Assembly: GCF_009914755.1 (NCBI RefSeq)
Contig: NC_060926.1
Origin: the human T2T-CHM13v2.0 reference genome, Homo sapiens
Strand: one strand, 5' to 3'
DNA length: 64,000 bases
The translations under genes and the position numbers were made by a program. Shown one piece after another: positions 42,289 to 57,460 of this stretch. Positions within the stretch are counted from its first letter, which is position 1; every line of letters begins with the position of its first letter. The notes under the pieces were generated by a model that saw only the letters and a program-made list of their open reading frames with translations, ran no database searches and was not told where the DNA came from.

Positions 42289-43029
42289 GGATAAAAATGG
42301 TTGTAATGAGTATCTCAACAGCTGTTTTTACAACATGGGATCACCTAAAAACTTGTGTGCTTCACCCCAATTCTTAAGATAAGAGTTCAACCCACATTCA
42401 ATTCTTCTTTAACTGCCTGATCTGTACAGCCCTCTGTGAAAAGGAAATGAGAACTTTAGAAAAGCAAACAGATGTTTAATAACTTCATGTAGTCCCTGCT
42501 AGTTAGACTAGTTAGAGAAAGTAGTTTTGTATAAGCAACTGTCACCATTGGAAGGGGACAGTTTATGGTGTTTTATATAGACTGGAAAAATGTGGAGGAT
42601 ACTTAACGCTTAGATTGGCTTGAAGAGCAGTAAACAGTAGGAATCCACATGGAAATTAATTAGGGTGTAACTCTCTACATGTAGCTGTCCCATATCCTCT
42701 TTTGCCCTCACTGACCTCCTGCTCTTTGGCTTCCAGCCACAACACAACTCTTGGTGATCAGAACCCCCAGGCCGAGCATTTGGTTAATGCTGGTCATTCA
42801 TTCATTCATTGACTAACTCAGAAAATAAAGATGGAGGTTATGTACCAAGAATTGTTGGTTCCCAACTTCTCACTAATTGTTTTGTTCCTGCTATCATCCC
42901 AGCTAACCTAAAGTTCTTCAGAGGCCACAGAACAAATTTTTCACTTTGTTATGATTTCCCACAGTGCCTGGGCAGTGCTGAGCACAAAAGAGGTGATCAG
43001 CACCAGTGCCCAGAACGTTGCTCCACAGT

Positions 43030-43545
43030 GTCCGCAGAAAAAAAGTCAAATCCCTTAGCCTGACTCAAAAAGGACCCTTCGCCCTACCCTGCCTTCTTTC
43101 AGCTTCATTTCTCATCTCTGACAGAACCCACCTTACCAACCCTGTGTTCCCAGCATACTAAGTTTCTTGCAGCGTCAGAATTTGGGTCACACTCTCAATT
43201 TGGAATTTTGCACATGCTATTCCCTCTTGCAGCAACACTCTTCCCATCTTCCCTGTCATCTGGATAACACTACTATTGACTTGACTCAAATATTCCTTAT
43301 CTGGGAAGCTTACCCTGAGACCAAAAAATACAGTCAGCACTCCTCCTGGAAACCTCTATAATGGCCTACACCCACCACTGTGGTATCACTGCAAGATAAA
43401 GGCTTTATAAATACCCATTCAATTAAACTGCCTGAAGTTATGGGCTATGCCTATGTCACAGTTGTATCCCTGAGAACCAACAGTTCTTGGTACCATAGCC
43501 AGCCTCCATATTTACTTTTTGAGTTAGTCAATGAATGAATGAATG
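43030..43545 (+). mobile_element. L2 fragment
   Basis: TTTTGCACATGCTATTCCCTCT...CTCAAAT...; ends in (AATG)n. Confidence 0.6.
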
Positions 43546-43784
43546 GCCTAGCCTTGGTGGGTGGTTCTCAATGATCTCTGCTAACAGAAATTCTCATTCT
43601 TGAAATATTTTAAATATTTAATCTCTCATCCCAGATATTCTACTTTAGGAAGTAGGTTGCTCATTGTGACATATTGTGGCACCATCTAAAGGTTGTCCTG
43701 GCAGCTGAAAATTAGAATACAATTCTTTATACAATTGCAGGATGTGGTGTTAATGAAGCAATGTGCCTGCTACAGAAATAGATT

Positions 43785-44072
43785 TTTGCTTTGTTTTGTT
43801 TTGTTTTTCTGAGACAGGGTCTTGCTCTGTCACCGAGGCTGGAGTGCAGCAACTCACTACAGCTTTGACCTCCCAGGCTCAAGTAATCCTCCAACCTCAG
43901 CCTCCCAAGTAGCTGGAACCACAGGCATGTGCCACCACTCCCAGATAATTTTTTTTGAGAGGTGGGGTCTCACTATATTGTTCAGGCTGGTCTTGAACTC
44001 CTGGCCTCAAGCAATCCTCCCACCTCAGTCTGCCAAAGTGCTGGGACTACAGGCATGAGTCACCACACCCAA
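43785..44072 (-). mobile_element. AluJ
   Basis: GACCTCCCAGGCTCAAG, CTCACTATATTG, CCTCAAGCAATCCTCCCAC. Confidence 0.9.
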
Positions 44073-44550
44073 CTTATAGGAACCATTTTTTTAAAGTCCC
44101 TATATACCTTCACATGGAAGTCATCATAAAGCTTTTAATGAGATATCTTATACACAAAAGTTACTTAATAAATGCTTATTTTGAATGAATGAATGCCCAA
44201 AATAATTCTTGCTCAGGAAAACACTTTGCTAATAAAATTAGCAAACACCCATGAAGTCCTCACTTATAGATGAAGAAAGCTGAACAATTTGAGACAAACT
44301 TGGAGGTTTACATTGAAAATGACTTGCAAAATAGATATCCGAGTGCTTGATTTAAATGACTTATTTAGCTTAGCAACCAATTTAATGTGTTTTTTAATTT
44401 CTAGTGTTTGTGTGTGTATTATAGTAAATATACAATAGTTAATTACAGTTGTCAATTGATTTTTTTTTTCTACTAGCCACTTTGTAGTCAGGTAGCCAGG
44501 TGGAGCATCTAGGCCCATGGCCCTGCCCAGCCTGATGAATTGCATGCTGA

Positions 44551-44805
<255 letters not shown>

Positions 44806-45037
44806 TAAACATCCCGGAGTGTTTACTCTACAAATAACATTTCTGGTATGGCCCTGATTTTCTGAAATCGGCAGGAAACATTGGTCTAATCAAAGCTTAT
44901 TGAACTCTGTTCACATTCTGGAAATCACCACTCATGATTCAAGAATCCAAATGATGCCAAAGGGAGGACAGTAATCCAAGCAAACTCATCCTTTAAGGGC
45001 TTTGAATTAAATTTTCAAAATGTGAGAGATAGAATAG

Positions 45038-45517
<480 letters not shown>

Positions 45518-47019
45518 TGAATTGAAATTTTTGAAACTCTTAAATTTAGAAGAATATGGAAGGCAGATAACTATGTCATGCACTACTAAAACTAAACAAA
45601 GAAAATCATAAATATAAAAGCCTCAGTAGTGGTATAGATGGAAACTAAACAATCTTTTCAATCCCCTGTAAAGCTCAAGAAGAAAAACTTCTTCATACCT
45701 GGTCAAATGAAGTGAAAAATGATCTCAATCAATGTTTTATGGAATTGATAGACTTCAAATATCAATATTTTGGAAAAGAATTTGAGAATTTAGCTTTAAA
45801 TCACCTCAGTGATAATTGATAACAAACTGTATTTGTGTAACTCTTTTAACAAAGCCATATATTTCATAAACTCATGGACTAGTCTGAATATTTTTCCTAT
45901 TTCTCAGATAAAGAAACTTTGAGTTAGACAGGAAGGTGAAATGAGTGGCCAGAGTTGTATACATGCTTTGCCTCCTCCCACTCAGCCCAAAGAAAACAAA
46001 TTTTCCTCTGGCTACCAGTGTAGTATAAAGCAAAATACATTAATTTTTTGCCAATGTCATTTTAATGCAGTTTAGTGATAATCTAAAATCATTTTGCACT
46101 AGGGAACTGAGTTTCTATGAAAATAAAATAAATTGTCTTTCTTGCTCAGAGATGGGAAGACAGAGAGAATGAAGTGATAGATTCCTTTACCTCAGGCTCT
46201 GTGAGTGAGCTCGTCAGCCTCCCAGGCTCCACATGTGAATACAGGAAGCACCTGCACAGCCCAAAACATCCTGGCCATACCTAGTATGTCCTGGATTGAT
46301 GCATCAAATCTTTAGATTATTCATTCTTATGTGAAATGAACATCTTCCAAATAGCTTTCTTCATTTCATCGCTTGATCAGCAGTAAGTAGCAAGTGCTTC
46401 TGATGTTCTGGTGGGAAGAGAAAAGGTATTTATTTTAAAACTATTCAACTTAGGAAAGTCTGACCTTTAGAGACAGATTCAAAGCATAAATAACTATCTG
46501 AGAGGAACTTCTCTTCTCCATCTCTGGTTTCCATGAAGAGGAATTTTCCCTAAGCCCTTTAAGCTTCTGGACCAAAACTTCTGTCTCCCTGGAAATATAT
46601 TAGGTTACCTGTAGGTGAGCAATGCCATTGGTCTTGGGTGGAATTAATCTATCAAAAGCTATACACATGGCATTTCATCTTCCTCCTCCTCCCTAGATCA
46701 GTGTGAGGCAATGATTTTTTTACAGATTAAAGCTTGCCCTGAACTGAGCCCCAGACGCTAAATTGGGTGTGCAGAGGAAGTAACAGCACTTTTATTTCAT
46801 CACTAAGCTACATTGCCGTTAACTTTATCAGTAATAAAGATAAATTTTTTTCCTGCAAATGCTGGCTCCTTTGTTTACATTCTCAGTTTCATTTTTTAAA
46901 ATTCACACAGGAGGGAAGGGTTCTATTTATTGGACTTTCCTCAAAAACTCCACCAGGAAGAGCACACACTGTATTCAAGTATTCAAATAGGGGGAAAGTG
47001 GTTTAGAACACAAGCCGAC

Positions 47020-47483
47020 TATGCTGGGCAGAATTTTAGGATGGCCCCCACATGTGGTAGCCCCTTGGTGTTCCTGCAGTGTATCGTCTCCTTCCCTTGA
47101 GAATGGGTGGCACTAGTGAATATTTTGGGTTATTATTCCTGAAATTAGGTTACTAACAAGTTAGCTGGAGTTAATAAAAACGAAGCTTATCCTCGGTGGG
47201 TCTAACTAATCAGGTGTTCTCTCTGCAAGAACATGAAGCTTCAGAGAGATGTGCTGCTGTTGGCCTGGAAGAAAAGCAAATAGCCATGTTGCAAATTGCT
47301 AATGGAGGGGCCACATAGCTAGAACCCAATGGAAATGCCTAGGAGCTGAGAGCAATCTCCACCCCAAAGCTGGCAAAAAGAAAGAGAGAGAGAGAGATAA
47401 AGAAAGAAAGAAGGAAAGAAAGAAGGAAAGAAAGAATGAAAGAAAGAAAGAAAGAAGAAAGAAGAAAGAAAGAAAGAAAGAAA

Positions 47484-47540
<57 letters not shown>

Positions 47541-47823
47541 AGGGAAAGAAAAGAAAGAGTGAGAGAAAACAAGGACTACACTTCTGCAATTGCAAATAAT
47601 TGAATTCTGCCAACAGCATAAAGGAGCTGGGAAGAGTACCTCAAACTCCAGGTGAGAATACAGCCTTAGCTGACACTCTGACATCTGCCTGTGAGACCCT
47701 AACAGAAAACCCAGCTGTGCCATGCCCGTATTTCTCACCCATGGAGAGTGTGACATAATAAACATGTTGTTTTATCGACTAAGTTTGTGGCACTTTGTTA
47801 TGAAGCAATATAAAACTAACACA
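47020..47823 (+). mobile_element. MLT1D/E-type LTR
   Basis: GCAGAATTTTAGGATGGCCCC...TGAATTCTGCCAACA...AAGTTTGTGG...AAAACTAACACA. Confidence 0.8.
47375..47566. repeat. Compound (GA)n/(GAAA)n microsatellite
   Basis: 13 perfect GAAA units at 47487-47538 inside a ~190-nt purine-rich tract. Confidence 0.97.
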
Positions 47824-48334
47824 GCCATTGAATATTGACCATTCCCTTCAGATGGTTCTGTCTAAAAAGCTTGCAAGCCAATTGTTTTGAGTTGAAAAGC
47901 AACTTCTAGAGGAGCAAACTAATGACTCCTAAAAAGCATAGTTTGGTATTTTACATATATAGTGAGATTTAAAGGGGGACATCTGAGAGGAAAAGGGCAG
48001 AGCAGGGAACTGACGTAAATGTCCTAGAGCTGTGTGCCACGAGTCCAGATCAGAGGCCTTAGAGTGGCATGTAAGTGCATCATCAGCAAATAACAGAATG
48101 AAAGCCCCATGAAGGCAGAGTGCTGTAGTATGGGAAGGATGACCTCTCTACTCAACATCTCAAGCCATCAGTAAAAATATTAAGAAACAAGGGGCAAAGC
48201 TTGGGAATGGAATTGTGCACCAATCTGACATAAGAGGAGAAACTCAATGGCCTGTAAGTAGAAAAGAGATCAAAAGGGCAAAAGATTCACCCAAGTTAAG
48301 ACAGCGAAGATTTCAGCTAAATGTAACTTAACCT

Positions 48335-48494
48335 ATTATTTTCTTGTTTTTATTTATTTTTTTAAATAGAGATGAGTGCTCACCATATTGCCCATATTGC
48401 CCAGGCTAGCCTTGAACTCCTGGGCTAAAGCAATCCTCCTGCCTCGGCCTCCCAAAGTGTTGGGATTACAGGTGTGAGCCACCATGCCTGCCCC
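48335..48494 (-). mobile_element. FLAM_C / Alu monomer
   Basis: Single left-arm monomer; 16-bp TSD AAATGTAACTTAACCT. Confidence 0.88.
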
Positions 48495-48689
48495 AAAATG
48501 TAACTTAACCTCTAAGGAGTAAAGAAGAATCTAGTTACAGTCATACAGCCAGGGCAGAGGAAGTGCTATGTACTTCAAATTCAAATGTGACTCAAGTGTT
48601 TAGCCATCAAAACCCCAGATCGCTGAGTGCAAGGGGAACCCAAGTCAATTTGGTGTGACATTGCAAAGAGAAAAGATGAACTAGTTAAC

Positions 48690-51300
48690 TAAAAAGGGAT
48701 AAGTGAATAGCTACATGCAAAAGATAATATTAGGTCCCTGTCTGACACCACATTATTATAAAGAAAAATCCACATGAACTAAAAACCTATGCAAGATTTT
48801 TTAACTTTTGGGAGAAAATATAGGCGATTTCTGTAATGAGGACAGAAAAGGATTTAGTAAACAAGTATTAAATTGTACAAACTATAAAGAAAAATATGAG
48901 ATTAAACTACCTTAAAAATGAAAGAGCTTATGCACAACATAAGACATCATAAGGAAAGTTAAAAGACACACTGTCTGAAAGAAGAGATTTTAAAGCCATA
49001 TAACTACCAAGACTGAAACATAAACAAATACAAAATCAGAACAGACTAATAAGTAAAGAGATTGAATCAGTCAAAAACCTTCCGAAAAAGAAAAGGTCTG
49101 ACCCCAGATGGCGTCACTGATGAATTCTACCAAACATTTAAAGAAAAATGAATGCCAATCATATTTAAACTCTTCCAAAAATTGAAGAGGAGAAAACATT
49201 TCCAAATTCATTTTATGGGGCTGGTATTACCCTTATACCAAAGCCAGACAAGAACACTACAAGAAAGGAAAATTCCAGGCCAAATCCCTCATGAACATAG
49301 ATCCAAAACTCCTCAACAAAATACTAGCAAACCAAATTCAACAGCACATTAAAAGAATTATACACCACAATCAAGTGGGATTTACTATGAGATGCAAGAA
49401 TGGTTCAACATACACAAATCAATGAAGTGATATATCACATTAACAGAACGAAGGATAAAAACCATATGATCATCTCAGTAGATGCAGGAAAAAAAAATTT
49501 GACAAAATTCAACATTCTTTCATGATTAAAACTCTCAATAAATTACGTATAGATGAAATGTACATCAACATAATAAAGGCCACATATATCAAGCCCACAG
49601 CTAATGTCATACTCAATAGTGAAAAGTTGAAAGCCTTTCCTCTAGGATTAGGAACAAGAAAAGGATATCTACCCTCACCACTTCTAGACACATGACTGGA
49701 AATCCTAGAGAAAGCAAGCAAGATAAAAGTCATCCTAATCAGCAAGAAAGAAGTAAAATTATCCCTGTTCACAGTTGAGGTGATTTTGTATATAGAAAAT
49801 CTTAAAGACTCCAACAAAAAAATTCTTAGAACTAATCAGTAAGTCCAGAAAAGTTGTAAGGCAAAAAATCAACATACAAAATAGGTAGCATTTCTAGACT
49901 CTAAATAACTAGCTAACAGGAAAAAAAAATAAGAAAATAATCCCCATTTACAATAGCATCAAAAAGAATAACATATTTAGAAATAAATTTAACTAGAAGG
50001 TGGAAGAGCTGTACATTGAAAACTATAAAACATTGATGAAAGAAATTGAGGACACAAATAAATGCAAAAATACCCCCCAGTGCTCATGGATTGAAATAAT
50101 TAATATTGTTAAAATGTCCATATTGCTCAAAGTGATCAACAGATTCAGTGCCTTCTCTGTCAAAATTTCCACGGCATTTGTGATGGTTAATTTTATGTTC
50201 AACTTGACCAGAAAAAGGGATACTCAGATAGCTGGCAAAACATTATTTCTAGACATGTCTGTGAGGGTATTTCCAGAACACATTAGCATTTGCATCAATA
50301 GACTGAGTAAAAACAATCACTCTAACCAATGTGGGCAGGCATCACCCAATTCAGTGAGTATATAGCTACCAATACTGTACTGTATACTTGAAATTTGGCA
50401 AGAGTGTAGATCCTGAGTCCTCACCACCAAAAAAAAGGTAACTATTTGAGGTGATGGATATGCTGATTAGCCTGATTGTGTTGATTATTCCACAATGTAT
50501 ATGTATATCTGACTATCACGAACACCTCAAATACATACAATAAAAAAAATAAATCTTACCAAACCAATATGAAAAAGACAAATACACATATAGAAAATTG
50601 GACAAAAATATAAACAGGAAATTCACAGAGAAGATGAATTGACTACCAGTAAACAATATTTTCAAGTCACCGATGACATTGGAGGAAAAAAAATCACTAG
50701 GGTATTGGTGATGATGTGGGGAAATGGGAATCATACACTGCCAATGAGTGTAAATTGTCCCAAACACTTAGTAGAGCAAGTCCTAGAAGTTGACATTGCT
50801 CCTGTCCTTTAGCTCAGCAATTTGTTTGTAGCTGTCTAACAGAAACTCATATGAATAAAGAAGCATATTCAAAAACGTTCATGCAATTTTTGTGATACCA
50901 AAACAGTAAAAGCAACCTTACTATCCACCAGTCAACAAACAACATCGCTTCAAAAATGGACTAATACAATAGTCATTAAGACCAAAAATATTCAGATCAG
51001 GATCTCAAAAAGTAGGGAGACCCTCCAAATAATTGGAGAAGGGAATACTGATTAAAGGTAAATTTAGGATCACCTGTGGTCCTAGCATATAATGAAATAC
51101 TATAAAATAAATGAACTAAGTAGGATAAACAAGGAAAATCACAAAATGTAACTATAAGTAAAAAAAAAAGTTGGAAAAAGATATCCTGATGGTATACCAT
51201 TTATGTCATTCAATATAATATATACTAAATTTATATATTAATAAAAGTATATAACCTTTAATTTATATAATATATACATAATATTTACTAATACATACAA
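48690..51300 (+). mobile_element. L1M composite (old L1ME host, L1MA ORF2 RT region 48995-50178, L1MA 3' end 50360-50550)
   Basis: GAATTCTACCAAACATTTAAAGAA, AAAATTCAACAT, AAAACTATAAAACATTGATGAAAGAAATT, GGTAACTATTTGAGGTGATGGATATG. Confidence 0.88.
50179..50358 (+). mobile_element. MLT2 LTR 5' fragment
   Basis: TGTGATGGTTAATTTTATG.TCAACTTGAC...AACATTATTTCT...CCAATGTGGGCAGGCATCA. Confidence 0.85.
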
Positions 51301-52139
51301 TATATGATAAATGTATAAAACCATACCTTGATGTGATATACATCAACTTGGAGAATGGAGCTTACAACTACAATCTAGACTGGGCATTTCACGAAGAAGG
51401 AACTTATTTACAGCTATTCCTTACACCTAGAAGACTGCCCAAAAAATAGTAGATGCTTAACATTTATCTTTGAATAAACCAGTGAATGAATGAATGGTTT
51501 CATCTGGGAGGAGAATGAGATGAATAGAACAGCGGTGGGGAAAAATTTAGGTGTATTTTTAACATTTTCTTTGTAGAATGGTTATGATTCATATAAAACA
51601 AAGTCATATTATCAATTAAGCCTAAGTGATGGGCTTTCTATTTTTTAATATTATATCATTTCAATTTAAAAATTTTAAACATGTCTGTAACAGTTTTTTC
51701 ATATAGATAGAATTAGTGCCCCCTCCCCCTACCGAAGAATTCTTTAGAGAGCCCATTTTTTAATCTCATAGGAAAAACCTTTCAATGCACAAATCAAAGA
51801 ACTGACCTAAATTTTAAGTGTTGTAGAATAAAACTTGAACTAAAAAGTTGAGGTATTGCTATGCTTACTACCACAAGTAATAATCTTCTTTATTTAAAAA
51901 TTGCATTATCACCTCCTTTGATAAATTTAAATCAATTTCTAGAAGTGATAGGTAATTACAAGGGAGAAAATAGGTATACTTCAAAGCAGAGTTAATTTAA
52001 ATTGTCTGCCTTTTGTGTAATTACATTTATTCTCTATGGAAAAAGATCACAACACAAATATACTACAGGCTATACGCTACTGTAAGATCTAGATAATCAG
52101 AAGTCCAAATATAGTTCCTCTATGACTTTGCAGCAAGTT

Positions 52140-52823
<684 letters not shown>

Positions 52824-52959
52824 TCATAGAACTGGGGAAGGGAATATTAATTAAAGGCATATTTAGGACACATAATCTATAGTATTTATAAGCATAATGT
52901 TCTTTGTTTTCCTTCCAGTAATGTGGAATGAGTATAATTTTCTAGGGGAAAGATGTATA

Positions 52960-53105
52960 GCTGATTGTTAAGATGGTCATAGTTGTCTTCCTCTTTATAC
53001 CTAGGTATCTTTGCAATGTGACTTTGCAGCTCCTTCCATGAGAATATGGAGTCTCTTTCCCCACCTCTCGAATCTAGGCTAATTTTGTGCCTTGCTTTGA
53101 TCCAG
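52960..53105 (+). mobile_element. MLT1 fragment
   Basis: TTGCAATGTGACTTTGCAGCTCC...GGAGTCTCTTTCCCCACC. Confidence 0.7.
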
Positions 53106-53894
53106 GTCATGAGAAAAGCATTTATAAATGGGCTTAAACACCCAGGGGGATCAGGGGAAAAAAACATCAGAAATGGCAAAAATATTAAAATGAATTAATT
53201 AATTTTCTACAAAAATATCTAACAACACTGATATTAAACTGGCATATTTTGCTTGAAAAGTCCTTCTGCTTATGAAACCAACACATTAATGGCTATCATT
53301 TACAATTGAAAATGAGTTAAATTAATTTATAAACACAGTAATTTGATCTAAATAAAAAGTCATCATATGTAACTAAGCCTTCTACCACTACACATATTAA
53401 GTCATTGCCTTTGGGCACAGTTTCCACAAAATAATGACTGACTTTTGAAACTTTAGAAGATTTACATCTTCTTATTTTCTTATGGTCAGCTTTATTACTG
53501 GAGTTCCCATAGTGGATGACAAATGTAGCCAACATCCACAATTAAGCCAAATTAAAATTTCATCATCAACTTTCGTGAGAAAGAGAAAATTAGCACATAA
53601 TTTTTTATTAAGCATGCACTATTATCACTTTAGCTTATTTCTGTGCCAAAGGTTTATTGTAAAATTAAAAAAAAAAACAATATCTTATGAGATAATAAAA
53701 TTAATAATTAGCTATTGACTTGCAATGTACAACAAATGATAGAATCACCAGAGCAAGAATGTTTCGATAACTCTCAAAGCACTCTATGGAAAAATAGTTT
53801 AGTCCATATGCCACATACAGTTTATTTTCACCTAACCTGTAATTTCTGAAGTTTCCCACTGACTCCAGTCCCCGCCAACTGGCAATCTGGCAAG

Positions 53895-54198
53895 TTTTTT
53901 TGTCTGTTTGTTTTTTGAGATGGGGTCTCACCCTGTCATCCAGGCTGTAGTGCAGTGGCGTGATTATGGCTCACTGTACCCTTGACCTCCCAGGCTCAAT
54001 CGATCCTCCCACCTCCGCCTCCCAAGTAGCTTGGACTACAGGCACATGCCACTACATCCAGCTAATTTCTGTAGTTTTTGTAGAGACAGAGTCTCACCAT
54101 GTTGCCCAAGCCAGTCTCAAACATCTGGGCTCAAGTTATTCGCTTACGTCAGCCTCCCAAAGTGTTGGGATTACAGGAATGAGTCACTGCACTTGGCC
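53895..54198 (-). mobile_element. AluJ
   Basis: TTGACCTCCCAGGCTCAA, ATGTTGCCCA. Confidence 0.92.
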
Positions 54199-54968
54199 TC
54201 TACAAATGTCGGAATCTCACAGGTCACAGTAAAAGTCAGGGCATAACTTGGTAACACAACAAAAACTAGCAAAGGCAACAGCCTCAAATATTTCTCCCAC
54301 CACCATCTGAAGCTGGGAAGAGTTGGGTTTTCCTAACCCCTTATGTCTGAGTGTCCTTGATTTTATTCTTCCTGCTGTCTTTGAGGAAAGTGTCTTTTAC
54401 CATCCATCTTTAAGGAGCTGGGGAAAGAGAAGTTACTGCTAATTGTCTTTCAGATTTAACCCTATATTAAAGTAAGAACTCTGTTCTCTGCACAGGAATC
54501 TCAAAACCATGTGACCAAGGCAGAAGCTGGAAGTACAGAGTCAAGGTCTATAAACCCTTTCCAACTTATCTAAATGTAACTACTCATTATAAAAACATGT
54601 CACTAAAAAATGAAAAATCAAAAAAAAAAATGTTAAGCAGATGGGACATCAGGACAATAGACTGAAACCTGCACTGCTCTTGGCAAGCAGGCACATAGGG
54701 TCTTCTGTTTACTTCCTTCCTACAGTCCACCCCATGTGTTGATCCATTGGCATAGACCAAGGACTCAGGCTCCAGTGGCAGGGAAGAAAATGAGGTGGAA
54801 AGTGCCATGCAAGTCAAGGGGAGGGGCATTACTCTTGGCTCTCTGAGGGCTCTACATCCTAGCTGCCTTCTCTTTGAAGACTAGCACTTTGGTTACATAG
54901 GATACAAGACCTCAGTATCAAGGTTCTCTGGTTAATGCTACATTCCATATAAAATGTTTGAGGACCTA

Positions 54969-55394
<426 letters not shown>

Positions 55395-55408
55395 TTAATG
55401 TTTCTTCA

Positions 55409-55900
<492 letters not shown>

Positions 55901-56979
55901 GTAATGTCTCTTCAAATTGGATAACCCCATATTCTTCTTACCTTTCCTATCGCTGGGAGAATTGTTCCCAGTGATCCAAGGAAGTTGCTCATCAGAATGA
56001 GGCAGAGAAGACTAGAGACAGAGAGCATGTCAACTTGTAGAATGTTTGATTGGATGAATCAATTTCATTAACTTTGTAGCAGAAAATGCTGTGCTTCCTG
56101 ATGCCCAATGACCTATTGAAGATTTCATGAGTCACCTGTTTGTTTCTTTTGCAGTCAATGGATGTGATTACTATAGAGCCAGGATGTTGCTCTGCATGCA
56201 TGAATACATGCCCTTGGGACCTTTTCACCTTCCTACCATGACCTCTGTACCACTCTCAAAAGGCTTAAGCTTGAATGATGCTATTTCTTGATAGACAAAT
56301 GACTTGTTCCCTCTTCTTTTGTTCCCACTCAAAACCACATATGGCACCTTATGGAGGAAGAGAAAGCTTTTATACTTAAAGTTCCTCACTTAAGCTTTTA
56401 TACTTAAGTTATGAAGTACAACCTTCCCTATTTGCCACCTATATGCTATTTAGGGTAGTCTATTATCAGGATCTAAGCCTTTCATTCCACCATTTGAGTT
56501 AAGTATAAATCCAATACGATCCTCAGAGTGGAATCAATACCACCATAGAAAATGACAACAGTATCTTCATGAACAAGGCGTTCCCAGGCTCGTAAATCCT
56601 ACTGCTGCAGTGGATGAGTCCTGTAAATCATCTGGTCACTGACTATTTTTACAAATGAAGAAACTGGGACTGGAGCAATGTAATTATCTGACATATACAG
56701 TTAATTTGGGCCAATATATGGAGCCGGGTCTTCTGATTCCTCACCTGCTGTTCTTAGAGGAAGAAGATAATGATGAGTATATAAGGATACTGGGGTCCAG
56801 TGGAAGCCAGAAACAGGTCCCAGGAGGAGAAAACAGAAAATTCAGTGATGACAAAGAGAATCCATTTATGTCTCAATTGCTCCCAACTAAGTATAGTGTC
56901 CGGAGGAACAATAGAGTTACAGGAGTGTCACATCTGCTCTACCTAACCCTAGCCCTAGCCCCACTCAGAGACAATACAT

Positions 56980-57460
56980 CCCTCAGCTTTGCTACTCAAA
57001 GTGTAGGGCTCAGACAGCCACATCAACCTCATCCAGGAGCTTGTTACACATGAACAATCTCAGCCCACCTCCCATGACCTATTGGACCAGAATCTGCATT
57101 TTTTTTTTTTTTTTAGATGGAGTTGAGCTCTGTCTTCCAGGCTGGAGTGCAGTGGCATGATCAGCACAACCTCCGCCTCCTGAGTTCAAGCAATTTTCCT
57201 GTCTCAGCCTCCTGAGTAGCTGGGATTACAGGTGTGCACCACTGGGCCTGGCTAATTTTTGTATTTTTTTTAGTAGAGGCGGGGTTTCTCCATGTTGGCC
57301 AGGCTAGTCTTGAACTTCTGACGTCAGGTGATCCGCTCCCATTGGCCTCCCAAAGCGCTGGGATTGCAGGCATGAGCCACCACACCTGGCCCAGGATATG
57401 CATTCTAACAAGATTTCCAGGTGACTCGTGTGCACAGTCAAGTGTGAGAAGCACTGGGCT
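56980..57460. mobile_element. MER5A split by an Alu
   Basis: CTACTCAAAGTGT...CAGAATCTGCATT[Alu]...TAACAAGATTTCCAGGTGA...GAGAAGCACTG. Confidence 0.8.
57099..57391 (-). mobile_element. AluS
   Basis: Antisense dimer; TSD CAG(A/G)AT(C/A)TGCATT. Confidence 0.95.

Noticed and set aside
47299-47765. Phe/Leu/Ser-rich and Lys/Glu/Arg-rich ORFs (also 17250-17671)
   Set aside because: Artefacts of stop-free (GAAA)n repeats
56935-56960. CCTAACCCTAGCCCTAGCCC telomere-like hexamers
   Set aside because: Only about 3 degenerate units; compatible with chance
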